DNA of 64,000 nucleotides. Source: Conexivisphaerales archaeon. Lineage in GTDB: Archaea > Thermoproteota > Nitrososphaeria > Conexivisphaerales > DTJL01. Below are positions 37,187 through 45,419 of the stretch, piece by piece. Every line of letters begins with the position of its first letter. Within the stretch, counting starts at the first letter, position 1. Location of the stretch: the NCBI GenBank assembly GCA_049509455.1, contig JBEKZX010000001.1, forward strand, positions 99,110-163,109, written 5' to 3'. Position numbers and translations under genes: made by a program. Below the pieces are notes generated by a model that worked only from the letters and a program-made list of their open reading frames with translations, did not search any database and had not been told where the DNA came from.

Positions 37187-39355
37187 GTGGAGGGAAGCCA
37201 TTTGGAGAATCCCTTGGGGAGCGTCCGTTCGCTGATACAGAGGCCCACCATCAAGGCCAGCAAGATGGCGGCGTTTCTGTCCATGGCACTCGTCTTCGCC
37301 ATCGCACTCCTCTACAGGCTATCTCCCGCACAGTATGGGTACACGCTCGACGAGTTCGACTCCTATTTCCACTATTATTGCACCAACATCGTGGTGACCG
37401 ACATCTCCACGAAGGGGCTGGGCGGCCTCCTCAGCTTCTTCAGCGTCGTCGATACCCACTTCTGGTACCCCGTCGGCTACAACATGGCCACTGAGACCTT
37501 CGCCGGCTTCTACTACACCACGGCCTTCCTTTACCTCTTCTTTACCAAGGTCCTAGGCATCAGCATCTCGCTCTTCGACTACACAGTCATTCAGCCGGCT
37601 TACTTTGGCGCGTTGATAATCATCCCCGTCTTCCTGCTTGGAAGGAAGATCAGGGGGACGGGGACGGGCATCGCTGCCGCGCTGTTCACCGTCATTACGC
37701 CGGGCTTCCTCCTGAGGTCCAGCATCGGCTGGTTCAAGCACGAGCCCCTGGCTCTCTTCCTAGGTGTCACCGCCCTCTATCTTGGCGTGGTGGCCTACGA
37801 ATCCACCCCCTCTAGGAAGATGTGGATGTATTCCATCCTGGCAGGCCTCGTCTTGGGTTACGCCAACGTCTCCTGGGGTGGAGGTGAGTACTTCAACGGA
37901 CTCTTCGGCCTCATGTTCCTGGTGGTCCCGCTGCTCACCTCGGTGGACTACAGGAAGTGCTACTCCGGCTTCATCATCCTGATTTTCGACCTTATCGTAG
38001 GGTCCGCCTTCCCTAACCCCGGCATCGACTGGTACAGGAGCGCCTCTATGCTAGTATTCGAGCTCGGCCTCGTTGGTGGGCTCCTGATTACTTTCGTGGG
38101 CAGAAGGCTCCCCGACAAGAACAAAGTGATCGGCAAGTGGGGGACGCTCGTGGGAATGGGAATCCTGGCAATCATCGTGTTCCTCCTCCTGCCGACTGGC
38201 ATCTCCGCTAGGTACCTTGCGGTCATCGACCCATTCTACAGGACCGTCGGGTCTAACGCCGCCATAGTCTCGTCCGTGGCGGAGCACCAGTCAACCAGCG
38301 GCATCGAGCTCCTATACGACTACTCCATCGTTCTCGCCCTGGCCGTCTTCGGAGGTTATTTCCTCCTCAAGAAGAGGACGCCGGGTGCCATCTTGGCCGT
38401 GCTGGCCTTCGCGTCATCCCTCTACGTCGCCTCATCCTTCGCCAGGTTGCAAGTGTACCTTTCGATAATGGCCGCCATCGCGGCGGGAGCGATCTTCAGC
38501 GAGCTCTGCTCCCGGTACCTGGCCATGAAGTCTGACCCCAGGCGGAGTTCGCCTGATACCACCATCAACGCGAAGAAGGCCATCTTCGCCTTCACTATGA
38601 TCTTCCTGCTCCTCTTCCCAGCCGTCGAGGTCTGGCAGCCCGTCACTAACCGGCCGATGCAGATACTTTCCTCTGGCACTCCGCTCCCTGAGGACGTCCC
38701 CGACTGGCAGCAGGCGCTGACCTGGATCAACCTTAACACGCCGGCGGACGCCAAGATCATCTCTTGGTGGGACTACGGGTACTGGATAACCGTCATGGGC
38801 AACCGCACTACGTTCACGGACAACGGTACCCTCAACACCACGAGGATAGCCCAGGTGGCCCTGATGTACATGTCCAATAGCACCGACGCGTTGAAGATCG
38901 CGGAGGACATCGGAGGGGACTACATCGTGGTCTTCGCCACCGGGCGCAACCTCCAAAATGGGTACGACATCATAGGCAGAATATATGGGCTGGGCGGCGA
39001 CGACGGGAAGTTCGACCAGATGGCCAACATCGCGGGAATATCTCTTACCCCCCTCCTGGACCCCAACACACTAATGCCCACCTACACCTTCTGGAACTCC
39101 ACCCTCATTGGCGAGCTCCTACCCTTCGCCTTCAGCGGCTACGCGCAGATAGACAGCACCACCGGTTCGATCAACTCCATAAATCCCACCTACGATACAT
39201 CCCAACCTGCGAATACAATCCAGCTGCCCTTCTACACGTACAATATTACGTACCCTGCGGGATCCCATCCCTTCGAGCTGGTGTTCGCGTCGGCCGGGAC
39301 GCCTGACACCAACGGATACTTCGCTCAGGTCCTCATCTACAAGATAAACCCGTGA
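37187..39355 (+). CDS. aglB: Oligosaccharyltransferase AglB/STT3
   Basis: EFDSYFH, WFKHE, SVAEH, WWDYG, TDNGT, DDGKF..M; multi-TM. Confidence 0.95.
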   Translation: MEGSHLENPLGSVRSLIQRPTIKASKMAAFLSMALVFAIALLYRLSPAQYGYTLDEFDSYFHYYCTNIVVTDISTKGLGGLLSFFSVVDTHFWYPVGYNMATETFAGFYYTTAFLYLFFTKVLGISISLFDYTVIQPAYFGALIIIPVFLLGRKIRGTGTGIAAALFTVITPGFLLRSSIGWFKHEPLALFLGVTALYLGVVAYESTPSRKMWMYSILAGLVLGYANVSWGGGEYFNGLFGLMFLVVPLLTSVDYRKCYSGFIILIFDLIVGSAFPNPGIDWYRSASMLVFELGLVGGLLITFVGRRLPDKNKVIGKWGTLVGMGILAIIVFLLLPTGISARYLAVIDPFYRTVGSNAAIVSSVAEHQSTSGIELLYDYSIVLALAVFGGYFLLKKRTPGAILAVLAFASSLYVASSFARLQVYLSIMAAIAAGAIFSELCSRYLAMKSDPRRSSPDTTINAKKAIFAFTMIFLLLFPAVEVWQPVTNRPMQILSSGTPLPEDVPDWQQALTWINLNTPADAKIISWWDYGYWITVMGNRTTFTDNGTLNTTRIAQVALMYMSNSTDALKIAEDIGGDYIVVFATGRNLQNGYDIIGRIYGLGGDDGKFDQMANIAGISLTPLLDPNTLMPTYTFWNSTLIGELLPFAFSGYAQIDSTTGSINSINPTYDTSQPANTIQLPFYTYNITYPAGSHPFELVFASAGTPDTNGYFAQVLIYKINP

Positions 39356-39373
39356 ACCCGCTGAGACCCAGAG

Positions 39374-39544
39374 TCATTCGTCGAAGGAGGGCCTGACGAG
39401 GCCCTGCATCCTGAGCTTCAGGTACTTGTCCTGAGGCGAGAACTTCGGAGGGTGCGCCAAGACGGTCCTGGAGCCGCAGTTGCCACAGGCTTCCTTTAGC
39501 GTGTACGTCCTACACTTCTCACAGCGGCGCATGAGTCCCTTCAA
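39374..39544 (-). CDS. nop10: H/ACA RNP protein Nop10
   Basis: RRC..C..YTL..C..CG..T..AHPPKFSPQDKY. Confidence 0.93.
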   Translation of the reverse strand: MKGLMRRCEKCRTYTLKEACGNCGSRTVLAHPPKFSPQDKYLKLRMQGLVRPSFDE

Positions 39545-39551
39545 CGCAGGC

Positions 39552-40328
39552 TCAGCTCTTCTCACGAACGAATTTCAGCTCGGCCTTGCTGCCTACTTCG
39601 GCTTCCACTGCGTCCACGAGCCCCGCGAGGGCGCGCTCACCTACCTTGAAGTTCTCAGCGAAGAGCCTGAGGTTATAGCGCGGTGCCCCGGCGCAGAGGA
39701 TCTCGACGCGCACGTCCGGAGGGACGCCCGCCATGCCCTTAGTAAGGGAGTCCTTTATGACGGAGACACCATCGGCCCTCGGTGAACTCAGCTCGAAGAC
39801 CCCCTTGATCACGACGCTGGGCACCTTGAACCTCTCCGCCGCGACGCGCATGAGGGAGTCGACATACTTCTGGTCGAGGCCCAGCTTCGCCAGGATGGCG
39901 GGCCCCTTCCTCATGCATGCCTCCAGGGCGTCGTAGAGAGAGCCGAACTCGTCGGCGAGCCTGGCCCTTATGTCGGCGTCACTGGGCAACGACAGCTCCT
40001 TCTTCACTATGTCCAGCACCCCCCTGGCCTTGGCCTCCCTTTTAACCTGAATGAGCTTCTCCTTGTGCTCCTCGCTGGTCACTTGGCGTAGAGAGAGGTC
40101 CACCTCGTTCCTCTGCCTGTCGATCCTGATCACCTTGAGGACCATCTTCGTGTCCTCCTTGACGAACCTCTCGATGTGGCGCACCCAACCCGTGGTGACC
40201 TCCGAGTTGTGGAGGAATCCCTTCTGGCCGTTGTATTCGTCGAGGGTCACGTAGGCGCCGTATGGCGTCAGCTGGACGACAGATACTAGGACGACTTCGC
40301 CGACGTCCGGAAGGATCGGTCCTGGCAA
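39552..40328 (-). CDS. eif2a: Translation initiation factor aIF2 alpha
   Basis: P..GEVV S1 domain, GFLHNSEV, VDLSLR, GAPRY; conserved synteny. Confidence 0.93.
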   Translation of the reverse strand: MPGPILPDVGEVVLVSVVQLTPYGAYVTLDEYNGQKGFLHNSEVTTGWVRHIERFVKEDTKMVLKVIRIDRQRNEVDLSLRQVTSEEHKEKLIQVKREAKARGVLDIVKKELSLPSDADIRARLADEFGSLYDALEACMRKGPAILAKLGLDQKYVDSLMRVAAERFKVPSVVIKGVFELSSPRADGVSVIKDSLTKGMAGVPPDVRVEILCAGAPRYNLRLFAENFKVGERALAGLVDAVEAEVGSKAELKFVREKS

Positions 40329-40335
40329 AGGCCTC

Positions 40336-40536
40336 TCAATCCAGCCGGCGCGTGATCACACCGCTAATGATGGTGCGACCGCCTGAAGGCTCCGCCAGGA
40401 CCTCTTCGCAGACTTCGCACCTAATCGTGACCGTCGCGTTGGAATAGATGACCTTCTCGGTCCCGCACTTCTTGCACTTGACCTGAAGGAAGGCGCTCCC
40501 CGGCCTTACGAATAGCTGCCTCTCTTTTCTCACCAT
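40336..40536 (-). CDS. rps27e: 30S ribosomal protein S27e
   Basis: FLQVKCKKC..C..C..LAEPSGG. Confidence 0.95.
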   Translation of the reverse strand: MVRKERQLFVRPGSAFLQVKCKKCGTEKVIYSNATVTIRCEVCEEVLAEPSGGRTIISGVITRRLD

Positions 40537-40543
40537 ACCGCTC

Positions 40544-40822
40544 TCACTCTACTATCTCCAACTTCCTCAGGCGCATCCCCTTCTTCATTATAGTAAACCC
40601 GCAGTCTTTGCATTTCAGTTTCAAGGTGGCCTTCTTGGTGGTCTTGGCTGTCCTTATGAGCTCGGGATACTTCTGGCCGCCATAGCCCTTCTTCTCTTCC
40701 GCGTGTTTCCTGGCCCCCCTCGACATGGCCCTCTCCTTCCCCTTCTTGTAAAGCAGAACGGTGTGATCGGTGTGTTTCTTGCACTTGGGGCAGAAGGTAT
40801 TGATGATCTTGGGATACTTCAA
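40544..40822 (-). CDS. rpl44e: 50S ribosomal protein L44e
   Basis: TFCPKCKKHT, GYGGQKYP, KTTKK, CKDCG. Confidence 0.97.
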   Translation of the reverse strand: MKYPKIINTFCPKCKKHTDHTVLLYKKGKERAMSRGARKHAEEKKGYGGQKYPELIRTAKTTKKATLKLKCKDCGFTIMKKGMRLRKLEIVE

Positions 40823-41397
40823 AGGTCACTCACCCAAGTCTCGGAGACGACGCCCCTTTCCAAAAGCGGCTTGGCGTTATCGATGGGGAGGACGGCGACA
40901 TCCTCAGGCTTGTATGGTCCGTATTGTTTCAAATCGACGCCTGCCATCTTAGACGCTGGCTGTAGAAATCGCACGACTATATACCTTACTGAGTAGCTAT
41001 CCGACGATTCCTCCAGCACGGAAAGGCGGCCCCGGTCCACCGCGTCCTTGATCCTGGCCAACCTCTTCACGCTGACGTAGAGAGGCTCCACCAGATACCT
41101 CTCTTCAGGGGTGAGCGAAATCTCGTTCGAGCCGCGCAGGGCCTTGTCCAGGAACTTGTGCAGCCTGATGGTCATCAGCTCATCTGACATCTTGCAGAAC
41201 ATCTCGATCTCTCTCGAGAGAAGTGCGTTAACCACCGGCGAGTCGCCGTTGCCCATGAAGCCTCTAATCTGTTTGACACGCAGCGCCACCGCCTTGTAGA
41301 GCCCCGAATCGATTCTGGATAACTCTTCGCTGGTCAGCTCCTTGTCGAGGTCCTGCTGCAACGTCGACATTAGCTCTTCGCTCATAGGCGCCCGCAT
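40819..41397 (-). CDS. GINS subunit (Gins15/51-type)
   Basis: Helical N-terminus plus C-terminal B-domain (GVDLKQYGPYKPEDVAVLP..A..L..GV); adjacent to priS. Confidence 0.8.
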   Translation of the reverse strand: MRAPMSEELMSTLQQDLDKELTSEELSRIDSGLYKAVALRVKQIRGFMGNGDSPVVNALLSREIEMFCKMSDELMTIRLHKFLDKALRGSNEISLTPEERYLVEPLYVSVKRLARIKDAVDRGRLSVLEESSDSYSVRYIVVRFLQPASKMAGVDLKQYGPYKPEDVAVLPIDNAKPLLERGVVSETWVSDL

Positions 41398-41443
41398 CTA
41401 CATAAGTAGTGTATTAAAGGGTTGGTTCCCAGGCGGGCGAAGC

Positions 41444-42610
41444 CTACGACGGCTCGGCGAGGCCCTTCGCCATCAAGTAGACGGCGCCATACGTGGGCAA
41501 CTCGACGCTGGCCTTCTCGTAGGGCCCTAGGGAGGATCCCAGGAGCCAGAACCTCGGCGAGTGCGTCACCTGGACGCGCACAGGTTCGGAGCCAAAGGCG
41601 ACGGCGTCGACCAAGGGGTCAGCGCTGTCGAGGTCCCAGTACCTCTTCTTGAGAAGCCCCGATTTGTCATGGAGGGTCTGGCCCATCCTGAAGACCCTAT
41701 GCGTGTCGATGGTCACCCCCGCGTCCAGCTTGACGCTGATGCGGTCCACGGCCTCCTTCACCAGCCCTTCCATTCTCTCAGGCTGTTCTGTGAACGCCTT
41801 CGCCAAGGCTTCGCGAGTCCCCGTCCCTTCCGTCTCCTCTAGGGCGGCCGCGACGCGACCCCTCCATCCCGGCTCTTCGGGCGACGGGACCTTCGATACG
41901 AGCTCCACGACCGACCTCCTGGGCATCAGACCCAGTTGACGGGCGGTGAGGCCCCTGCCAGCCATGTACTCAACCATCTCAGACCTTCCTCGCTGGTCTA
42001 GGTTTTCGTATTTCGATCCCACCACCGACAGATGGTAGCCTCTGTTGCCAGAGAAGTATGCCCTGATTTCCCCCGGCGCCACTCCGAAGTCGAGCTGAAG
42101 GACGTTCACGAGCTTGATCGCCTCCTCCTTCGCGCCGGTGAGGCATTTCTCGCACGCTAGGTGGACCGAGGATACGTTGACCGAACCGCATAGCGGGCAA
42201 CTCTCCCCTCCGGTCCTGAAAGGCCGTCCGCAGTTGCCACAGAGCGAGAAGTCATGCTCGGTTGTGCAGGGAAGGTTGAGGTCCCCCGAATCTATGTCGA
42301 AGGCCAGATCGGCCTTCCTGTATCCCTTCTCTTCCATGGGGAGCTCGGGCGCGTCATAGTAAGCCACGGAGCAGTACGCCGACCGAGGGGATTCCCTGAC
42401 CATCATGGCCTTGAGCTCGCCCTCGTTGGGAAAGGTGAGATGGCGCACCATCGCATCATCGAAGTTCAGGTAGCCGAACTCTCGGTCACCGATCTCCTCC
42501 GGGACCTCAACGGATTCCACATGCCGGAAGTAGTAGGCCTTGTACGCCCTGGCGAGGAAATCGGCGGCCGGTCCCCTGCCCTCCGTCAGGACGTTCCTCC
42601 TCCTGACCAA
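41444..42610 (-). CDS. priS: DNA primase small (catalytic) subunit
   Basis: REFG, YCSVAYY, DLAFDID, FSGNRGYH, D..VT.D..R.FR; start approximate. Confidence 0.93.
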   Translation of the reverse strand: MVRRRNVLTEGRGPAADFLARAYKAYYFRHVESVEVPEEIGDREFGYLNFDDAMVRHLTFPNEGELKAMMVRESPRSAYCSVAYYDAPELPMEEKGYRKADLAFDIDSGDLNLPCTTEHDFSLCGNCGRPFRTGGESCPLCGSVNVSSVHLACEKCLTGAKEEAIKLVNVLQLDFGVAPGEIRAYFSGNRGYHLSVVGSKYENLDQRGRSEMVEYMAGRGLTARQLGLMPRRSVVELVSKVPSPEEPGWRGRVAAALEETEGTGTREALAKAFTEQPERMEGLVKEAVDRISVKLDAGVTIDTHRVFRMGQTLHDKSGLLKKRYWDLDSADPLVDAVAFGSEPVRVQVTHSPRFWLLGSSLGPYEKASVELPTYGAVYLMAKGLAEPS

Positions 42611-42759
42611 CTCAGGGTGCGCCCTGGAGACCCCGATACGCCACAAGGCCGTGCCAAGCGCACCACAATTGCTTCCCTCTGGGGACTGATTGGCGCGGCC
42701 AGAGCTTAAATAGACTTCGACCACAAGGGCTCATGGGCTCTTCCTCACCAGAGGCCCCG

Positions 42760-43205
42760 GCGATAGCGTACTTCACGTCGCTCTTCAGGACGCGGAGCGT
42801 GAGCATCATCATTACATCAATAACGCCTGGTATGCTCTTGACCCGGCGGACGATGGTGTCAAGGTCGTCGACGTCGCGCCCCATCACAATCGCGATTACA
42901 TCGTAGTCGGCCATGAACTGCTAGACGTGTGGCACGTCTTTCGGGGCGCATAGGTCGTGCAGCATATCGTCCAGCTTCGCGGCATTGGCCTTGATGAAAA
43001 GGGTCGCCGACTCGTTCACTTCACTGCCCTCGGGTTGACGGGGCCACCACTCCCCTTATCTCTCCCCTCTCGACAAGCCTCCTGTACTTGAAGCGGACAG
43101 TGCTTTCGCTCTCTTTGAGAGACTTGGCTACTTCGGCGAAGGAAATATGACCGTCTTCCTGCATCATCCTGGTGATGGCTCTGTCGAGTTCGTCCAGCTT
43201 ATTAC
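42760..43205 (-). pseudogene. Lrp/AsnC regulator pseudogene
   Basis: HTH (LDELDRAI..ESTVRFKYRRL) out of frame with RAM domain, which has an internal TAG (VPHV*QFMADYD). Confidence 0.75.
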
Positions 43206-43353
43206 ATGGCAGACAAAGAAGCCCACCTCTTGAGGCCTTTGACCATAAACACAGACGAGAACGTCGCAACGAACGTCCTTGAGAGATACTGGAGGCTTCA
43301 CTTCTCAAAGTCGGGAACGTTAATTAGCTTGTTCGTCTGGAGGGTGGGGTGAT

Positions 43354-44100
43354 ATGTTACAGGCCGTCAGCCAGTCGGCCGAGGAATGGAAATCCGTCTC
43401 TCAGGCTATCTCCACCCTAATCGAAGAGGCCTCGTTCGAGGCCACGCCGGAGGGCCTCAACCTCCGGGCCATGGACCCTTCCCACATCGCACTGGTGGAT
43501 CTCAAGTGGCCGGCGGCCTCCTTCGAGAAGTTCGCGTGCGACCAGAACCACACCCTCACCGTCAGGGTCGAAGACCTCCTCAAAGTCATGAGGAGGGCGG
43601 ATGGAAAGGACAAGGTGGAGCTTCGGCTGGGCGAAGAGAACATGCTCGATTTCAGGCTCTTCGACGGCTACGAGAGGGAGTTCCAGGTCCATCTCGTCGA
43701 GACAACCTACAGCCAGACGCCTCTTCCCAAGGTCAACTTCAACGTCCAGTGCAAGCTGACGACCAGGATACTGCGGAAGGTCCTTTCGGACGTGCAGAGC
43801 ATCTCCGATCACATCACTCTGAAGGCTGAGGAGGGAAAGCTGGTCTTTTTGGGCAAGAGCGAAGTGGGCAAGGCCTCGGTCACACTCAACAAGGACAACC
43901 CCGATATGCTGCAGCTGGACGTCAAGGAGGGGGGAGAGTCCACCTACAGCATAGAGTACCTCGGCAACTTCGCGAAGTCGGTTTCCAACGCCGAGACGGT
44001 GAGCGTCAGCTTCTCGGCGAAGATGCCGATCAAGATGGAGTTCCCCTTGAGCGAGCAAGGAGCTGCAATACAGTTTTATCTCGCCCCACGGGTGGATTGA
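43354..44100 (+). CDS. pcn: PCNA sliding clamp
   Basis: AMDPSHIALVDL, YSIEYL, FYLAPRV. Confidence 0.96.
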   Translation: MLQAVSQSAEEWKSVSQAISTLIEEASFEATPEGLNLRAMDPSHIALVDLKWPAASFEKFACDQNHTLTVRVEDLLKVMRRADGKDKVELRLGEENMLDFRLFDGYEREFQVHLVETTYSQTPLPKVNFNVQCKLTTRILRKVLSDVQSISDHITLKAEEGKLVFLGKSEVGKASVTLNKDNPDMLQLDVKEGGESTYSIEYLGNFAKSVSNAETVSVSFSAKMPIKMEFPLSEQGAAIQFYLAPRVD

Positions 44101-44489
44101 GGCTGGCTTTTTTGGTCGACCTTAAGGTGGACAAGCTCAGGAGGAACCGCTGGATCAAGATCCTCTCGAAGATATTCACGCTCGAAGGGATCTACATCGT
44201 AGCCGCCGTGCTGCTCAGCGCGGGCCTCATCAACTACCTCCTAGAGGGCACGTCGGTGCCCGCTTCGACCGTTGTTACGAATTCCCTTGAAACGCAGAGC
44301 ATCCTTGAGACCATCGCTTACTTCTTCACGACCTCCCTAGCAATGGGTGGCCTCTACCTGCTCCTTAGATCGAGCCAGCCTTCGAAGTCCGGACGAGAGT
44401 CTTTAATGGTCTTCTTTGGCGGATTCATCATACTGCTGATAGGCTTCTTTCTGATCTTCTCTTTCTATTCGTTCAAGAGATTCGGCTGA
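44097..44489 (+). CDS. Three-TM membrane protein resembling OST subunit OSTC/DC2 (Ost3/Ost6 C-terminal family)
   Basis: Q.ILE..A.F...GGL..L.RS..P..F.GF..L..FF..F..K..G pattern (alignment from memory). Confidence 0.65.
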   Translation: MRLAFLVDLKVDKLRRNRWIKILSKIFTLEGIYIVAAVLLSAGLINYLLEGTSVPASTVVTNSLETQSILETIAYFFTTSLAMGGLYLLLRSSQPSKSGRESLMVFFGGFIILLIGFFLIFSFYSFKRFG

Positions 44490-44973
44490 GGCCGTTCGCG
44501 GAGAGGATCCAGCACCCGTCGAAGGCGCCGGTGCACAACTTCACCCAGCGGGGGCCTAGAACGTCCCTGACGCCGCCATCGCGAAATGAGTTCAACACAA
44601 AGAGCGTCGATCCTGCCCTTGCCTTGCAGGCCACCGTCATCTGGACTATATACCTGAAGAACAGCCGGCTCCATTTCCTTTCACCGCCCGATACCCTGGC
44701 CATCGCCTGAAGAGTCCCCAGTGAATTCACTAGGATCGGGTCGTCGCTCCGCGTGGAAGAATATATGTCCACCAGCGCCGAAAGCACGCTCTTCCCCTCG
44801 ATCAGAACGCGGCGCCTCTCTTGCGGCCCCCGAGGCAGCAGGGGCGCGAGGCTGCAGTCGAAGTCGACGGCCGTGAACCCGCCCACGACCGATGCCCACC
44901 TCTCGAGGAGCTGGCGCTTCTCGGAGAAGGGCACCACTACCAGATGGACCCCGGCGAGTTTCAGCTCGGGCAA
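44473..44973 (-). CDS. Degenerate RecA/RadB-fold protein lacking an intact Walker A
   Basis: GVHLVVVPFSEKRQ, AVDFDCS, ILVNSL, LFVLN map onto RecA core strands. Confidence 0.5.
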   Translation of the reverse strand: MPELKLAGVHLVVVPFSEKRQLLERWASVVGGFTAVDFDCSLAPLLPRGPQERRRVLIEGKSVLSALVDIYSSTRSDDPILVNSLGTLQAMARVSGGERKWSRLFFRYIVQMTVACKARAGSTLFVLNSFRDGGVRDVLGPRWVKLCTGAFDGCWILSANGLSRIS

Positions 44974-45068
44974 CGCCAGCTTCCGTCGGTCCTGCCGAGT
45001 AATTAAACTCTGAGAATCGCAGGCGCCCCCGGCTCAGCCTCCCTGATGGAACTCCTTGAGCATACGAC

Positions 45069-45240
45069 TCAGGCCGCCCCTTCCTTCAGCCAGGCAGGAA
45101 AGAGGTCCAAGACCTGCTTGCTCCTGAACCACCTGTCCATCACGACGACTTCCCTTTGCCCCTTCCGTCGGAAGAACCTTCCCCCGCCTGGACCACCTTG
45201 GCCACCGCCGGGACGATAACTAGGGCGCTGTAGATCCATG
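45069..45240 (-). pseudogene. C-terminal fragment of an XPD/Rad3-type helicase
   Basis: PAVAKVVQA-[frameshift]-GRFFR..VVVMDRWF..FPAWL matches motif VI region QxxGRxxR. Confidence 0.6.
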
Positions 45241-45419
45241 GCTCTCCCCTCGACCTGCCGAAGGCCATCGTCGCTGTGAAAGGTGACATAACCCTCGTGT
45301 CGGGCTGCGCTCTGGCCGGCGTCCCTCTGGCCGCCGGATTCCTACTGGACCAACTCAAAAGACTGGAAGGGCGAAGGGCGGTGCTGGACGGCGGGAAGGG
45401 CGAGCTCACCCTAGACTGA
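45240..45419 (+). pseudogene. C-terminal fragment of aconitase X small (swivel, DUF126) subunit
   Basis: PKAIVAVKGDITLVSGCALAGVPL..VLDGGKGEL; in-frame TAG immediately upstream. Confidence 0.6.

Noticed and set aside
42915-42930. In-frame TAG in the Lrp RAM domain as pyrrolysine/readthrough
   Set aside because: The same gene also has frameshifts, and no pyl genes are in view; pseudogene is simpler.
43206-43352. 48-aa ORF ending just before the pcna ATG
   Set aside because: No recognisable motif; it overlaps the expected pcna promoter region.
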